A stretch of 64,000 nucleotides of DNA from Lama guanicoe (lineage: Eukaryota): positions 2,896,866 through 2,960,865 of the forward strand of contig MU053379.1 of NCBI GenBank assembly GCA_013239625.1. Direction: 5' to 3'. The translations under genes were made by a program, and so were the position numbers. Positions 23,765-35,559 of this stretch are shown one piece after another; the stretch's first letter is position 1; each line of letters begins with the position of its first letter. Under the pieces are notes generated by a model. That model saw nothing but the letters and a program-made list of their open reading frames with translations, was not told the origin of the DNA and ran no database searches.

Positions 23765-25800
23765 CAAAAGCTTTAGATGTAATTTACGTGTGACAACACT
23801 TGCACTTTACAGTGGTTTTTAGTATATGCATAGACTTGTGCACCGTCACGACCATCTAATTTGAGAGCCGTCCCCCAGTGAAACCCTCTTCCCATTATCG
23901 GTCTGTCTCCAGCCCCCTTCCACCAGGCAACTGCCGTCTCCCTGCTGTCTCTGTGGAATACACCTACGTGGGATATTTAAGATATGGAGTCATATGATAC
24001 GTGGTGCTTTTTTATCTGGCCTCTTTCACTGGGCACGATTTTAAAGCTCATCCACATGGCAGCTGTAGCAACGCTTCAGTCCTTTTAATGACCAAATAAT
24101 TTTCCACTGTATGGACAGATCCCATTTTTTTCACCCTTCCATCATTTGATGGACATTTGGGCTGTTTCCACCTTTCGGTGATTGTGAATAATGCTACTAT
24201 GAAAATCTGTGTACAAGCTTCCTCTGAACACCTGTTTTTAATTTTGGGGGATACGTACCCAGGAGTGGAATTGCTAGCTCATACGTAGTTCTACGTTTAA
24301 CTTTGGAGGACCTGCCAAACTGCTTCCCATCGCAGTTTCACCATTTAATTCTTACCACTAAGGTGTGAGGGGCCCAGTTTCTCCACTTCCTCATCGACAT
24401 CTGCTACTTTCCATGCTCTGTTTTTGAAAAGGATTCCAGCCATCCTGGTGAGTGTGAGGTGCTTACCTCACTGTGGCATTCCCATTAGTAACCACTAATG
24501 TTGAAAATGTGTTCATGTGCTTATTTGGCAATTATTTTATTTTCTTTGGAGAAGTGTTTAAGTCCTTTACCCATTTTTAAATTGGGCTGTCTTTTGTTGT
24601 TGAGTAGTAAGACTTCTTTTTATGCATTCTTATCAGATACATGATTTGCAAATAATTTCTACCATTTTGTGGGCTGTCTTTTCACTTGCTTGATAGTATC
24701 CTTTGATGCCAAAAAATTTTAATTTTAATGAAGTATAATTTATCCATCTTTTTTATTTTGTTACTTGTTCTTCTGGTGTCATGTCTTAGAATCCAATGCT
24801 AAGTCCCAGGCCACACAAATTCCTCCTATCTTTTTTTTCTAAAAGTTTTACACTTTCAGCTCTTACACTTAGGTCTTTGATCCATTTGAGTTAATGTTTG
24901 TGGTGTGAGGTAGGGGTGCGACCTCACTCTTTTGCATGTGGAAATCCGGTTGTCCCAGCACTACTTGTTCAAGGGCCTGTTCCTTCCCCTCTGAACTGTC
25001 GTGGCACCCTTGTTGAAAATCAGATGACCACAGACATACAGGTTTATCTCTCAGTTCTACTCCCTCGATCTATGTCTGACCTTTTACCAGTACCACACTG
25101 TTCTGACTACTGCAGCTTTGCAGGAGGTTTTGAAATAGGGGAGTGAGTCCTCTAACTCTGTTCCTCTTTTTCACGATTGTTTTGGCTATTCAAGGTCTCT
25201 TGCAATTGCATGTGAATTTTAAGATAAGCTTTTCCATTTCTGCAAAAAAGGCCACTGGAATTTTAATAGGAATTGCGTTGAATCTGGAGATCAATTTAGG
25301 GAGTACTGTCATCTTAACAGCATTAAATATTCCAACCCAGAAATACAGGATAACTTCCCATGTGTCGTCTTTAATTTCTTACAGAAATGTTTTGTAGTTT
25401 TCAGTGTATACTTCTCTTGCTTCGTTGGTTATATTTATTCCTAAATATTTTGTTCATCTTGATGCTACTGTAAGTGGAAGTATTTTCCTAATTTCACTTT
25501 CGAATCGTCTGTTGTGGTGTACAGAAATACAGTTGACTTCTGTATATAGATCTTATATTCTGCAACCTTATTGAATTCACTTACTCGTTCCAATAGGGTT
25601 TTTTTTTTTTTTGGTGTGTGGATTCCTTAGGGTTTTCTATATACAAGATCATTTTATCTGTGAGTATAAATAGCTTTCCTTTTCTTTCCTTCTACGTCAC
25701 TCTTTTACCTAATTGTCTCAGCTCGAGTCTCCAGCACGCTACTCAGTAGAAGCAGTGAGAACAGACATCCCCACGTTTGTTCCTGATCTTAGGGAGAACA
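23765..25800 (-). mobile_element. About 2 kb L1 (L1MB-like) ORF2 C-terminal region and 3' UTR
   Basis: Classic antisense L1 motifs: 'tgatggacatttgggctgtttccac', 'cccaggagtggaattgct', 'taggtctttgatccatttgagtt', 'ttcctgatcttagg'. Confidence 0.9.
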
Positions 25801-28800
25801 TGGAACTTTAAAATGGAAAAGCCTGCTGTTTCTTGGCAGAAAGCAAGCCAGGACCTGTGATGGGGCATCCAAACCCAGAGTGACCTTTTCTCAAAATGTT
25901 CTTGGAGATCAGTGAATCAGTGTGAGGATGCTCAGGGCCCTGGGAGATTGGGGGCTGAGAAGGGCCTTAGCCTCCGTCCCACGAATGGGTCCTTCCTTCA
26001 GCCTCAAGTTGTCAGCAACGCGAGCAACCTACAAAGCCCCCTTTACTCTGACAAGCACAACTCCCTGCTTGCAGCTCCTGGATCGCAAGGGGCTGTTTCA
26101 CACGTGTTCCTGTAACGGGCCCTTCACAGCTCACTGGGGGACCGACAGGGAGGTGGCAAACCTGTCAGGAAATTCTGGCACATTTATGATCCCACAAGAC
26201 GCGGGTAGCTGCTGGAGGGTCACAGAGAGAAGTCCTACCAGCTGCATCCATTCTGCCCTGAGGACGCCTGGGCCTGCCTATGTAATGACTGCGTCGTGAC
26301 CCTGATACGCCGCAGACCCACACCATTACAGTTGGCACAACAGGCCGGCTTAATGAGGCTGAGGCAGGCGCTCCGGAGCAGTGATTAACCGCTCGTGATG
26401 AGACTTGAGCAAATGAGGGCTTTGCGGAGCCACTGCCGGGAAGGGATGGGTGGGAGCATGAGGCTGCATCAGACCCACATGCACAGAAAGTGCTCGCAGA
26501 TGCCTGGCCGCGGGTGTCGCCCTCTGAAATAGGACCGCACTTGACGGCCAAGGCCGCCGGCCACGGCTGCGGGGCGAGTCAGCGCATCCCGGGAACGTAC
26601 GAGGGGCCGGGGCGGGGGGTGGGTGAGGGGGGTAGAGGATACTAAAATCTGCTCATTCTGAGGCACCCAGCTGCTGTTTCAGAAGAGGCCAACCTGAGCC
26701 CAGTCTCTCCTCTCTCCTTGCCCCGTCCTCTGCAGCTCTTACGGCATTCTGGGGCGGAAGGCGAAGCAAGGCGTCCCGGTCATCAGCGCTGACAGGATGG
26801 CTAGACGTGCACTTGCACAACCAGGCAAGCGCCTAAAGAATCACTAAGGTGGGGTCAGTGAAACACGGGCATGTGTAAGCTGCGTAGGTGCCAAAGGCCG
26901 GCAGCCACGCTGCTCCCAGCTGGGCTCTTCCTCCCATCTCAGGAATGCATCGGCCACAAATATATTCTCCTTAGGATATTAAAAAGAAATTCCTGGATGA
27001 AAGCACAGGCTTGACACACGCAGGCTGCCTAAGGCTGCGCTGGGGGGTGCAGCGAAGGTGAGATCAACTGACACCGCCACGCAGGACCGTCAGCTCACCC
27101 ACTCGACCTCACTTGAGGTCAGTCAAGGCCAGAAAGTGGCCAAGGTTTGGACACAAACCTGAGCGTGTTCCTCTTCTTTATAAAAAGAGAAAACGTGAAC
27201 TCGGGGTCAGAGAAGCAGCACTGGACACGCGCTGCGTGCAGCACAGTGCCGTTCTGACGTCACTCAGCTCTCGAGCACAAGTTTTCCTTTCGCCTCATTC
27301 ATTTTGCCTGATAATCATTAGAAACTGCAAATATACTTTTCAAAGCTCCCCTTCCTAGTGAAGTCAATAAATGACTGCTGTGGCTGATCAATGTGCTTCC
27401 AAAAATGCAGACACAGCCTGCCTCGCACGAGGGACCCGGGGATGCTGCCTTCAAAGTAAGAAGGCGCTTCCACCAAAGACTCTCCTTAGGAGGCTGCTAG
27501 AAACAAACTGAAGTGCACGTGTGCGCCCGCATGCGCGCGCGTGTGTGTGTGTACACAGGCACCAGTGCAGGGTGGGGGCTGTTGGAAATATTCAATGGGA
27601 AGACACCAAGAAATTCCCCAGGACTGCAACAAGAAATCCAGATTCCTGTTTTCCCCTCAAAATGAGCACTAGAAAACCCACACCGGCTGGGGCTTCAGCT
27701 CCACTTACGAGACCCGGGCTGTCAGAGCCTGGCGTCTGGTGCCTTTAACCCCACCTCCTTCTCACTGGCTGGAATCGGGACGCCGGGTTCTCAGGCCCGC
27801 TCGGTGGTGCCGGGTTTTCTGCTGGCTGCTTCCCAGTCTGCGACCAGGAACAGCTTAAAGAGGGAAAACGACTTCTGTGGGAGCGTCCCCGTCTTCTGGC
27901 GTCTGTGCTTCAGAAAACAAATCAACTCTGGGGTATGATTACTATTCATTCTGTTCATTCTAGGATAACACAAAACGCATGTTTTCTAGCTTCCTTAAGA
28001 GTAAAATTATTCCACCTGCACATAGGAGCGAAGTTGAAGCTTTCAACATTTTTGTGTTCTCTAAAAAACCAAACAAGAAAAAGACAAAGGCAACCTGGTG
28101 GTCCTTCGAGTCCAGGAGGCTACAGTGCATCCTGCCCACAAGGGATGGAGGATGAGGAGAGGTCCAAGCTGGCATCAGTTTTAGTTTCTGTTCTGGCCAC
28201 AGAATCACACCTACTGCTGCTACTTTTTTCGTAATTTAATTTGTGTTTGGACAAAGAGCTCCCAAGAATAACTGAAATTTGAGAGAAAAATCCCAAAGGA
28301 AGCCAGCTCTGTCCGCTTGATTCTGAAGACGCCTCAGGCCAGAACTACTAACGAAGCAGCAGTGCTGGCCACGTTGAGACGCCGCTGGCCGCCCGGCCCA
28401 CAGTGAAGACCCCGCCCCACGGGGGGAAGGAGTCAGACCCCCCAGAATGACTGATGCAGTCGACACACAGCTCATCACTTCAAATTCGAGTAATATCTGA
28501 TTAACAGCTTGGTTTTTAATTTACACATGATGAGATTCATTTGGGAGGCTTAAAACATACTTTCTTTTTTCCCTTAAACAAAGTTGCTTCCAGGCAGATA
28601 CCGGAGGGAAGGAGGAAGTAGGAAGAGGAAGGATCTGGAGATAAGACTCTTAAGGGACACCACTGACTACCCTCTGACCTTGGGCAGGTACTTTACTCTT
28701 GAGCAAGCACTTGTGCAAGGAGAATGGAAATGCAGCCCGCCCCATGGGGTCCGGACACGGGGCAAAGGACCCCGCCCCACGGGGCTCTGACACGGGGCAA

Positions 28801-28969
28801 AGGAGACTGACAGGGAAGTATTTTGTAAATTTTAAAGCTTCATGTATCATTGTTACTATTAAATTACAACAGCATTTCAAATCATAATCTTATTAAAATA
28901 TTAATTTTGAAGGATCAATTGAAAATTGAGACTTCAAATCAACTTGATCTAAAATCTATTCATTAAAAA

Positions 28970-29240
28970 AGAGTCTGACATAGAAAACAAACTTATAGTT
29001 ACCAAAGGGGAAAGGAGGTAGAATAAATTAGGAGTTTGGGATTAGCACACACACACTATTACATACAAAACAGATAAGCAACAAGGACCTACTGTACAGC
29101 ACAGGGAACTATATTCAATACCTTGTAATAGCCTATAATGAAAAAGAATATGAAAAGGAATATACATGCATGTATAACTGAATCACTGTGCTGTGCACCA
29201 GAAACTAACTCAACATTGTTAATCGACTATACTTCAATTC
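28970..29240 (+). mobile_element. Artiodactyl-type L1 3' end, 5'-truncated
   Basis: 'gacatagaaaacaaacttatagttaccaaagggg...caacaaggacctactgtacagcacagggaactatattcaata...gactatacttcaatt'. Confidence 0.85.
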
Positions 29241-29570
29241 TGAAAGTCTGAAACGAAAAACAAGTCATTCTGGTAATTCCATATAAAAATACCTAACAGT
29301 TTCTGAAGGCACCACGTCAGCCGCTGTGAGGGGAGGGAACAGATGCCCCGACTCCCAGCCATGACCTCTTAGGGGCAGGGGACGCTCTGCACAGTTGAGA
29401 GTGAGGCCAGGCCAAGAGTATGGGGACCCTGGAGGGGGAGGCAGCCAGCGCTCCAGGGGGACCCAGGGAGGGGAAGCCGATGGGTGACACAAAGGCACAG
29501 GGTGGTCCTGACAAAAGCGTCACACGCACGTGTTCAAAGCAAGACTCAAGAAAAAAAAAAAAAAAAAAAA

Positions 29571-29633
29571 NNNNNNNNNNNNNNNNNNNNNNNNNNNNNN
29601 NNNNNNNNNNNNNNNNNNNNNNNNNNNNNNNNN
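29571..29633. other. Assembly gap (63 N) flanked by poly(A) on both sides
   Basis: Directly visible. Confidence 1.
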
Positions 29634-31105
29634 AAAAAAAAAAAAAAAAAAAGGTGGGTATTTTACTTCAATGTCTTATTACCAGAAGGGTCTCTTTTGC
29701 CAACGTTTCTCCAGCCCACAAATACCTACCGAGGAGTATTTTTCCACGGAAGAACAAGAGAAACCTGTGGTTTATTATTCCGCTAGAAAACCATGTTCTC
29801 TCTAAGATGTGCGCCAGTAAACAACATTAATTGCCGAATAACCTGCAGGCACCACACCACGACCTACTGTCGTGTGCTAAAGAGAAGCCAGCAGAAGAAA
29901 AGAGATTATTCCCCACAGGAGCACACTTCCTCCCAGAAACACAACCTGCAATTTAAAGTGCTGTCTTAACGCGCTTTCCCTGTACCCAAAACCTAACCTT
30001 TATGGGCCATGAATCACAGTCATGATTTAAAATCTCATACATTCAAAAATCGCTCCTTTCCAAGTGGGGGTCAAAGCACCTCCCTCCCCAAGTCACAAGC
30101 AGCGTTCGGGGTGTCAGAAGCTGTCTCTGTCTCTCGTTTCTTCTCTGCCTAAAGAAAAACGTGAATTTTCTTAAAATCTTCATCAAGTTCTAAATGGGAA
30201 AAGATGATCTTGCAGGTCAACAAGCAAAATTCCAACAGGGGACCCCTCTGCCATCACGGTACTGGGGCCACTGAAGGCCGAGCTGTGCTCACCTCTCTAA
30301 GGCCACGCAGGGAGCCGTCAGGTCCCCACATCACAGGACGAGAACCTCAAGCCAGAAAAGCCCATGAGGTCACGCACTCAAGGAAGCAGTGACTTAGCCA
30401 GGCCAGGGCTCAAACCTGACAGAGGGTGTCCCACGGGGCGGCCAGGCCAGGTGGCCTCGGACAGACACTACAGAGCACGAGAGCCTTGCAAACCCCAAAT
30501 CAGTCACCTGCCCTGTTTGGCCTGGACGCTGGGTTCGAAAGTTCTGTGGGGAGTGCTGCTGAGCACCGCCTGCCCACCCCACAGGTGGGACGGCCTGATC
30601 TCTCCCCAAGACGTGGCTCCAGACACTGGAAGAAGGCAGTGACCTTAGCCCATGGGCCATCCCTTCTCCACGCAGGCCGTGCTCTGGTCACCCTCCTCCC
30701 GGCCAGCTCCTCAGGCCCCACAGCCCTGCCCCTCCATCCACGCACTGGGACTGGGCTCTAGACATAACACACCTCAGCTGTTTCTCGTGTCATCTCTGAA
30801 TGAATCAGCTCACTCCATGTTTTACTTCTGATGTTGATTTTTTAAAAACAAATTCAGAATTTTACAAGTTGAACCATGTGAAATTACACCCCCTCTTTCT
30901 TTTGAGAAACAGCCCAATTGTGGCGATTTCCATATAGGTCAACATGAAACATTCGCCTCTCCTGCTAAATTTGTCTAGGCATCCGTGTCCCTGGTTACAC
31001 GGAGGGAGCTGGCTTTCAGGTGGCCGCCCGGCACGCGGTCAGTTAGGTGTCAGTGCCTGGCTCTCCCCCTGCTCCGCGGTCACCTGTCCAGCTCCTCTGC
31101 CAGGA

Positions 31106-31309
31106 CAGCGGTTCCCAAGCTCAGCGCTGCTACCGCTGCAGGTCGTAAGGTCTCGGCTGTGGTCCTGGCACTGCAGGGCGTGCGACACCCCTGACCTCCA
31201 CCCGCTGGGTGCCAGTGCTCCCCCCTCCCCGCTGTGACAACCAAATGTCTCCAGACCCCGCCTGATGTCCCTGGAGCACCCCCCCACCCCCGCATCTCAG
31301 GAATCACTG
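31106..31309. mobile_element. MER20-like hAT-Charlie DNA transposon
   Basis: Ends 'cagcggttcccaa' and 'gaatcactg', with internal 'gtgacaaccaaatgtctccagac'. Confidence 0.75.
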
Positions 31310-32499
31310 AGCTCCAGCAGACATGGGCGAGCTCACCCCTGAGGAAGATTAATGCCTGATCTGCAACTGACGAGGCCAAAAGCTCATCCGGGAGGTCCAG
31401 CTCAGCCACCAGGGTCACCCGTTTCCCCCTCAAATGCATGTGGTTTTAAGGAGCTCTTCTCTTATTCCTTCAGCTTCCCACCAATCAGCCCAGTGACAGA
31501 GGGCCTGCTCTGTCTGGGAGAAGACCAGTGCCCTCCAGGGAGCCTCCTAAGGAAGATTCTGGTGGCTTGAGCTACGGGAGTCCACAGGAGAGTCCTCTTC
31601 CAGAGAGAGGCCTCGAGGCAGAAGAACATCTCTACTGAAAAATGCAGGTCGGCTTACACACCACATGGTACCCGCCGACTAGGGACAGAACCTTTCACTT
31701 GTCCACACGCGCTGAGCTGCTATCATGCTGCATTTTTATTTCAGGAATTTCACGTGGTGGGCGCTCATGAGACACTGACGGCTGAACATAATTCGTATCG
31801 CTGATAGCATTTACTTGAAAGTCTTGACGTCTTTAACTCCAAAAAGGGAAATCTCACAAAACTCTAGTTTCAGCCTCCCAGGCGGGCTCTCTGCTCTCTG
31901 GACCACCCCCGCCCCCTGCTATCACCTTACCCTTTCAAAGCCGAGGCACAAGCCCGCTGCACATGTGATCCCCGCATAGCCGAACCGCAGCCATCTGCTC
32001 CCTCCGCAAAGTCCCACTTTCCTCATCTAGGTGGCAGTGGGCTCGGTCTGCAGCTTCGTGAAAATGATGATCGGTTTTACAGTTGGAAAGAAAGGGAAAC
32101 GCCCTGCTGTCTGTAACTCTGGTGCAGGCATCCACCTGAAGTCTCTACGGCCACTGAGAGCCGAGCAAAGTTGTGAGCAGAATTGTGATAAAATTTCCCC
32201 CCATACAACGTGCCTAGTCAACGGCTTGTACATTCCTGTGCAGTGTGAGAAACCCGGGACGTGACCTGACGCACTTGGTGACACGTGCCACATCGCATCA
32301 TCCGACTGCAGGACAAGCACATGACAGGAATTCGTATCAACTCAATGATGGACGTCAGGGGAGGACTGACATATTCCACCTGTCTTTGCAGACAGAACCT
32401 CAGTAAAGCCCGAGAGCTTTGTTTATTGCTGCAGTTAACCCTCATGCCAATGACATACCATTTACTTTGACTACAATAAACTCAAACTCACAATCCTTG

Positions 32500-32830
32500 T
32501 GAAATTTGTTGCTGGTGTGCAAGGCTTGTTCTCTTCATACATTCTTGGGTTCAGTTTGCTCATATTTTGTTGAGAAATTTTGAGTCTAAATTTAAGAGAG
32601 ATACTTTCCTTATGTAGTCTTTATTTGCATTATTACCTTTTTCTGGCTTTGGCATCAGGATGATACTGGATTCCTAAAGTAAGTTGGGAAGTGCTCCTAC
32701 CTCATTTGTTTTCTGAAAGAGACCAGGCAAACTTAATGTTATTTCTTTTTAAAGTGCTTATTAGAATTCTCTAGTGAAATTGTCTAGATCTGGAGATTTA
32801 TTCTCCAATAGCTTTTAAATTATGAATTAA
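32500..32830 (-). mobile_element. Old L1 ORF2 fragment
   Basis: 'ttctggctttggcatcaggatgatactgg...agttgggaagtg...ttagaattctctagtgaa'. Confidence 0.7.
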
Positions 32831-35416
32831 TTTTTTAATTACTTTTTTTTATGTCTGAGTTAGAACGGGCAGTGTGCAAACTACAGCTTTACCTACAGGT
32901 ACTAAACTAGGACTTCTAAGAATCGCAGAAATAGGGGATATTATGACATTTAACAAAGTTAAGCAATCAGACACCAACACCTTTCTCAGTATAATCTAAA
33001 CACAGGGTTTTTTAATTTTGTTTTTTCCTAGGGTGCAGTAGATCATAACAATAAAGTGGGAGGAATCACTCCACCTGATTAAGGTTTACCGTGTAGACAG
33101 AGTCATAGGACAGTGCAGTATTGGTAGAGGGGCACAATGATCAGAATAGAGAACCCAGAAAAAGAGGCACACAAGTGCGCTCAATTCCCCTCCTGGGCCT
33201 GCTGTCACCACTGTCTCCTGATTACAGCCCACCCCGCATAACCACCGTGGCTTAAGCCTCTTGAAACGCTTTTCTGGCCACGTTGAGTTCTGTGCTCAAA
33301 GCCTCCAACAGCGCCCCGAGACCTGTGGGGTGGGCACGGCCCGGCATCCAGGCTCTCCACAGCACCGCCGACCAGTGTCCACACGTTATTTCCACGCAGG
33401 AAATCAATCGGTCTGGTCACCGTTCCCTGAACGTGGCCTGAGAAGGTCTGTATCTCTGACCTTTGCCCTGTGGAATCCTCTCCTGCTTCCCGTCCTCCCG
33501 TCTAAGTCCTACCCACCCTCCAAAGCCCCACCGAAACCCCATCAGCCCGCGGACCGCTTTCAAACCAGCTGAGCCAGAAGCATATTCAGCACCGTTCCAC
33601 GTGTGCCTCGCGTGGCCCTGTCCCAGCTGAAGGACTCAACGGGTGCTTCCTATCCACGTGTGTCACACGCGGGGCATGCGTTCAGAGCCTGGCGAGGTCT
33701 TTACTGAGATGTGGGAAAATCATCACCCTGAAAAGAGTACTGGACCCCTGCCTCTATTTAGGAAAGGACACCGTGACACGCGTGATAAAACGCCTGGAAG
33801 TAGATCGGAGGGCCCAGTCGTGCTCCAGACGGTGGGCCTAGAGGCCCTCCAGCCCAGCTCGCTCACTGGACCATCCGGGGTCAGGCAGGTCCCCGTGGCC
33901 AGTGGGTGATGTGGCTGAATCGCGCTCCCAGCGTGAGACCTGTTGTCCACTAAAGTCCGGTGCTGAATACATGGTGACGCTGTCATGTACCCCGAAGTCT
34001 TGGAATATGCATTTCCCCATCCTGAAAAACCTTAGGAAGAAGGCCCAGGATTAATCTTACTTTTACTCACTGTACAACTCTACAGTCTTTTAAATGAAGC
34101 CTGTAAGTTAGCCTTCTCAAGTTCCTCTGATACACGTCAAGGTGATTATTTAATCCTGTGAACATCAGTTAGGCCTTTAAATTTATAAACATGCACTTTA
34201 TCCTACTAGCCGTGAATTAGAAGCCCACGAGTCCAAACCTTGCTGTAGAGAATAAATCCTTTGGAGAGATGTTAAAATTATTTCCTTAGACCGGAGATAA
34301 ACAAGGTCTTTAATTTGCCACCTTAATTCTTTACTTACTCTGAAAGCTCATTTAGGTCTAGCCTTGAATCTTTTAGTAAATTTATGTATATCTAACATAC
34401 TCGGTTTAGTTAGGTCTAAATTTTCAGCAAAGAACAATTCTTTGTCTGGGAAAAGATGATGCAATGATTACATATCACTGCATGATACAGGCTGTCTGGG
34501 GCTATTAAAAGAGTCGGGTATGGCCAGTTCACGAGCATCGCCCTGCACCTTGCCTTCGTGGCTCCCGGCTGTGCCTCATGCTCCCTGAGGGGCCCCATGG
34601 GATCCTTTCACAAACGACTGTTATTATTATGCTCTTCCATCATATCCTCCTGGGAGGGGCTGTAACATCCGTTAAGAAAGTTATGACTATTCTGACTTTT
34701 AGGATCGAATATGACTCTATATATGATGTTTAAAATTATGTTTCCTTTAAAATTGGTGGGGGAAAAGGTTCAATAAAAGACCAAGTTAAATGAAAGGAAG
34801 ATGTTCCTGAAATAAGTTGAATACTTTTGGCCGCAAAATAGGCAGCTAAAATTAAAGAGGAAAAGAAAAGATGCTGCAAGCGCCTTCAGCGACTGAGATG
34901 TCAGTGTTGTCCTGCAACACCAGCGCCTCGCACGGCCCGGACTCTCACCCGCAGACAACAGGCTCCGCTCTGCTGAGACGCAGAGGAGAGGGTCTCTGTA
35001 GGGCACCGGACAGCTTGCAGGATTTCTGGGGGACCACGCGGGACCCTGCACAGCCAGGAACCCAGTGCAGCACCAGGCGGTCCTGCGAGCCTCGTCCCAG
35101 CAATGCAGCTGCCTGAGCAGCTCCAGGACGCCCACCCTCCAGAGCCACGCGGGCCTCTGCGGGCCGGAACCCCCGGGGGGCTCAGCTGCGAGGCCCCACA
35201 CAGAAGGCACGCGGCCGGGGCGAGGAGCGGGTGGAAAGGGAGCCACAGCCAGGGACATGCAAGGAACGACCCTGAGTCCCACAAGGCCAAGTGAGCACGC
35301 CCTGCCCTGTCTGACCCCCAGCACGGGGGGTGGTCATTCCTCCACCTGTTCTGAAATTCCACAAGGCCTAGTACGTCGTCTAGTCAAATTATCATGTTCA
35401 AAAGTAAGAAAACAGA

Positions 35417-35559
35417 AGGGGAGGGTACAGCTCAGTGGTAGAGTGCATGCTTAGCACGCACAAGGTCCTGGGTTCAATTCCCAGTATCTGTTATAAAAAA
35501 ACAAAAAACCTAATTACCTCCCTACCTCAAATAAAAAATAAAGTTAAAAAATGGGCTTG
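35417..35559 (+). mobile_element. tRNA-Ala-derived camelid SINE (Vic-1 type) with a perfect 17-bp target-site duplication
   Basis: GGGGAGGGTACAGCTCAGTGGTAGAGTGCATGCTTAGCACGCACAAGGTCCTGGGTTCAATTCCCAG plus tail 'aaacctaattacctccc'. TSD AAAAGTAAGAAAACAGA at 35400-35416 and 35560-35576. Confidence 0.9.

Noticed and set aside
29420..29830. Poly-lysine ORFs
   Set aside because: Artefact of the poly(A) tracts and N gap.
34770..35454. Stack of long overlapping ORFs (up to 184 aa)
   Set aside because: Expected in GC-rich, stop-poor sequence. No recognisable domain or splice-phase link.
35417..35490. tRNA-Ala gene (also 8755-8825)
   Set aside because: Stems are degenerate, there is an A-rich tail with no Pol III T-run terminator, and the 35417 copy has a TSD. 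These are SINEs.
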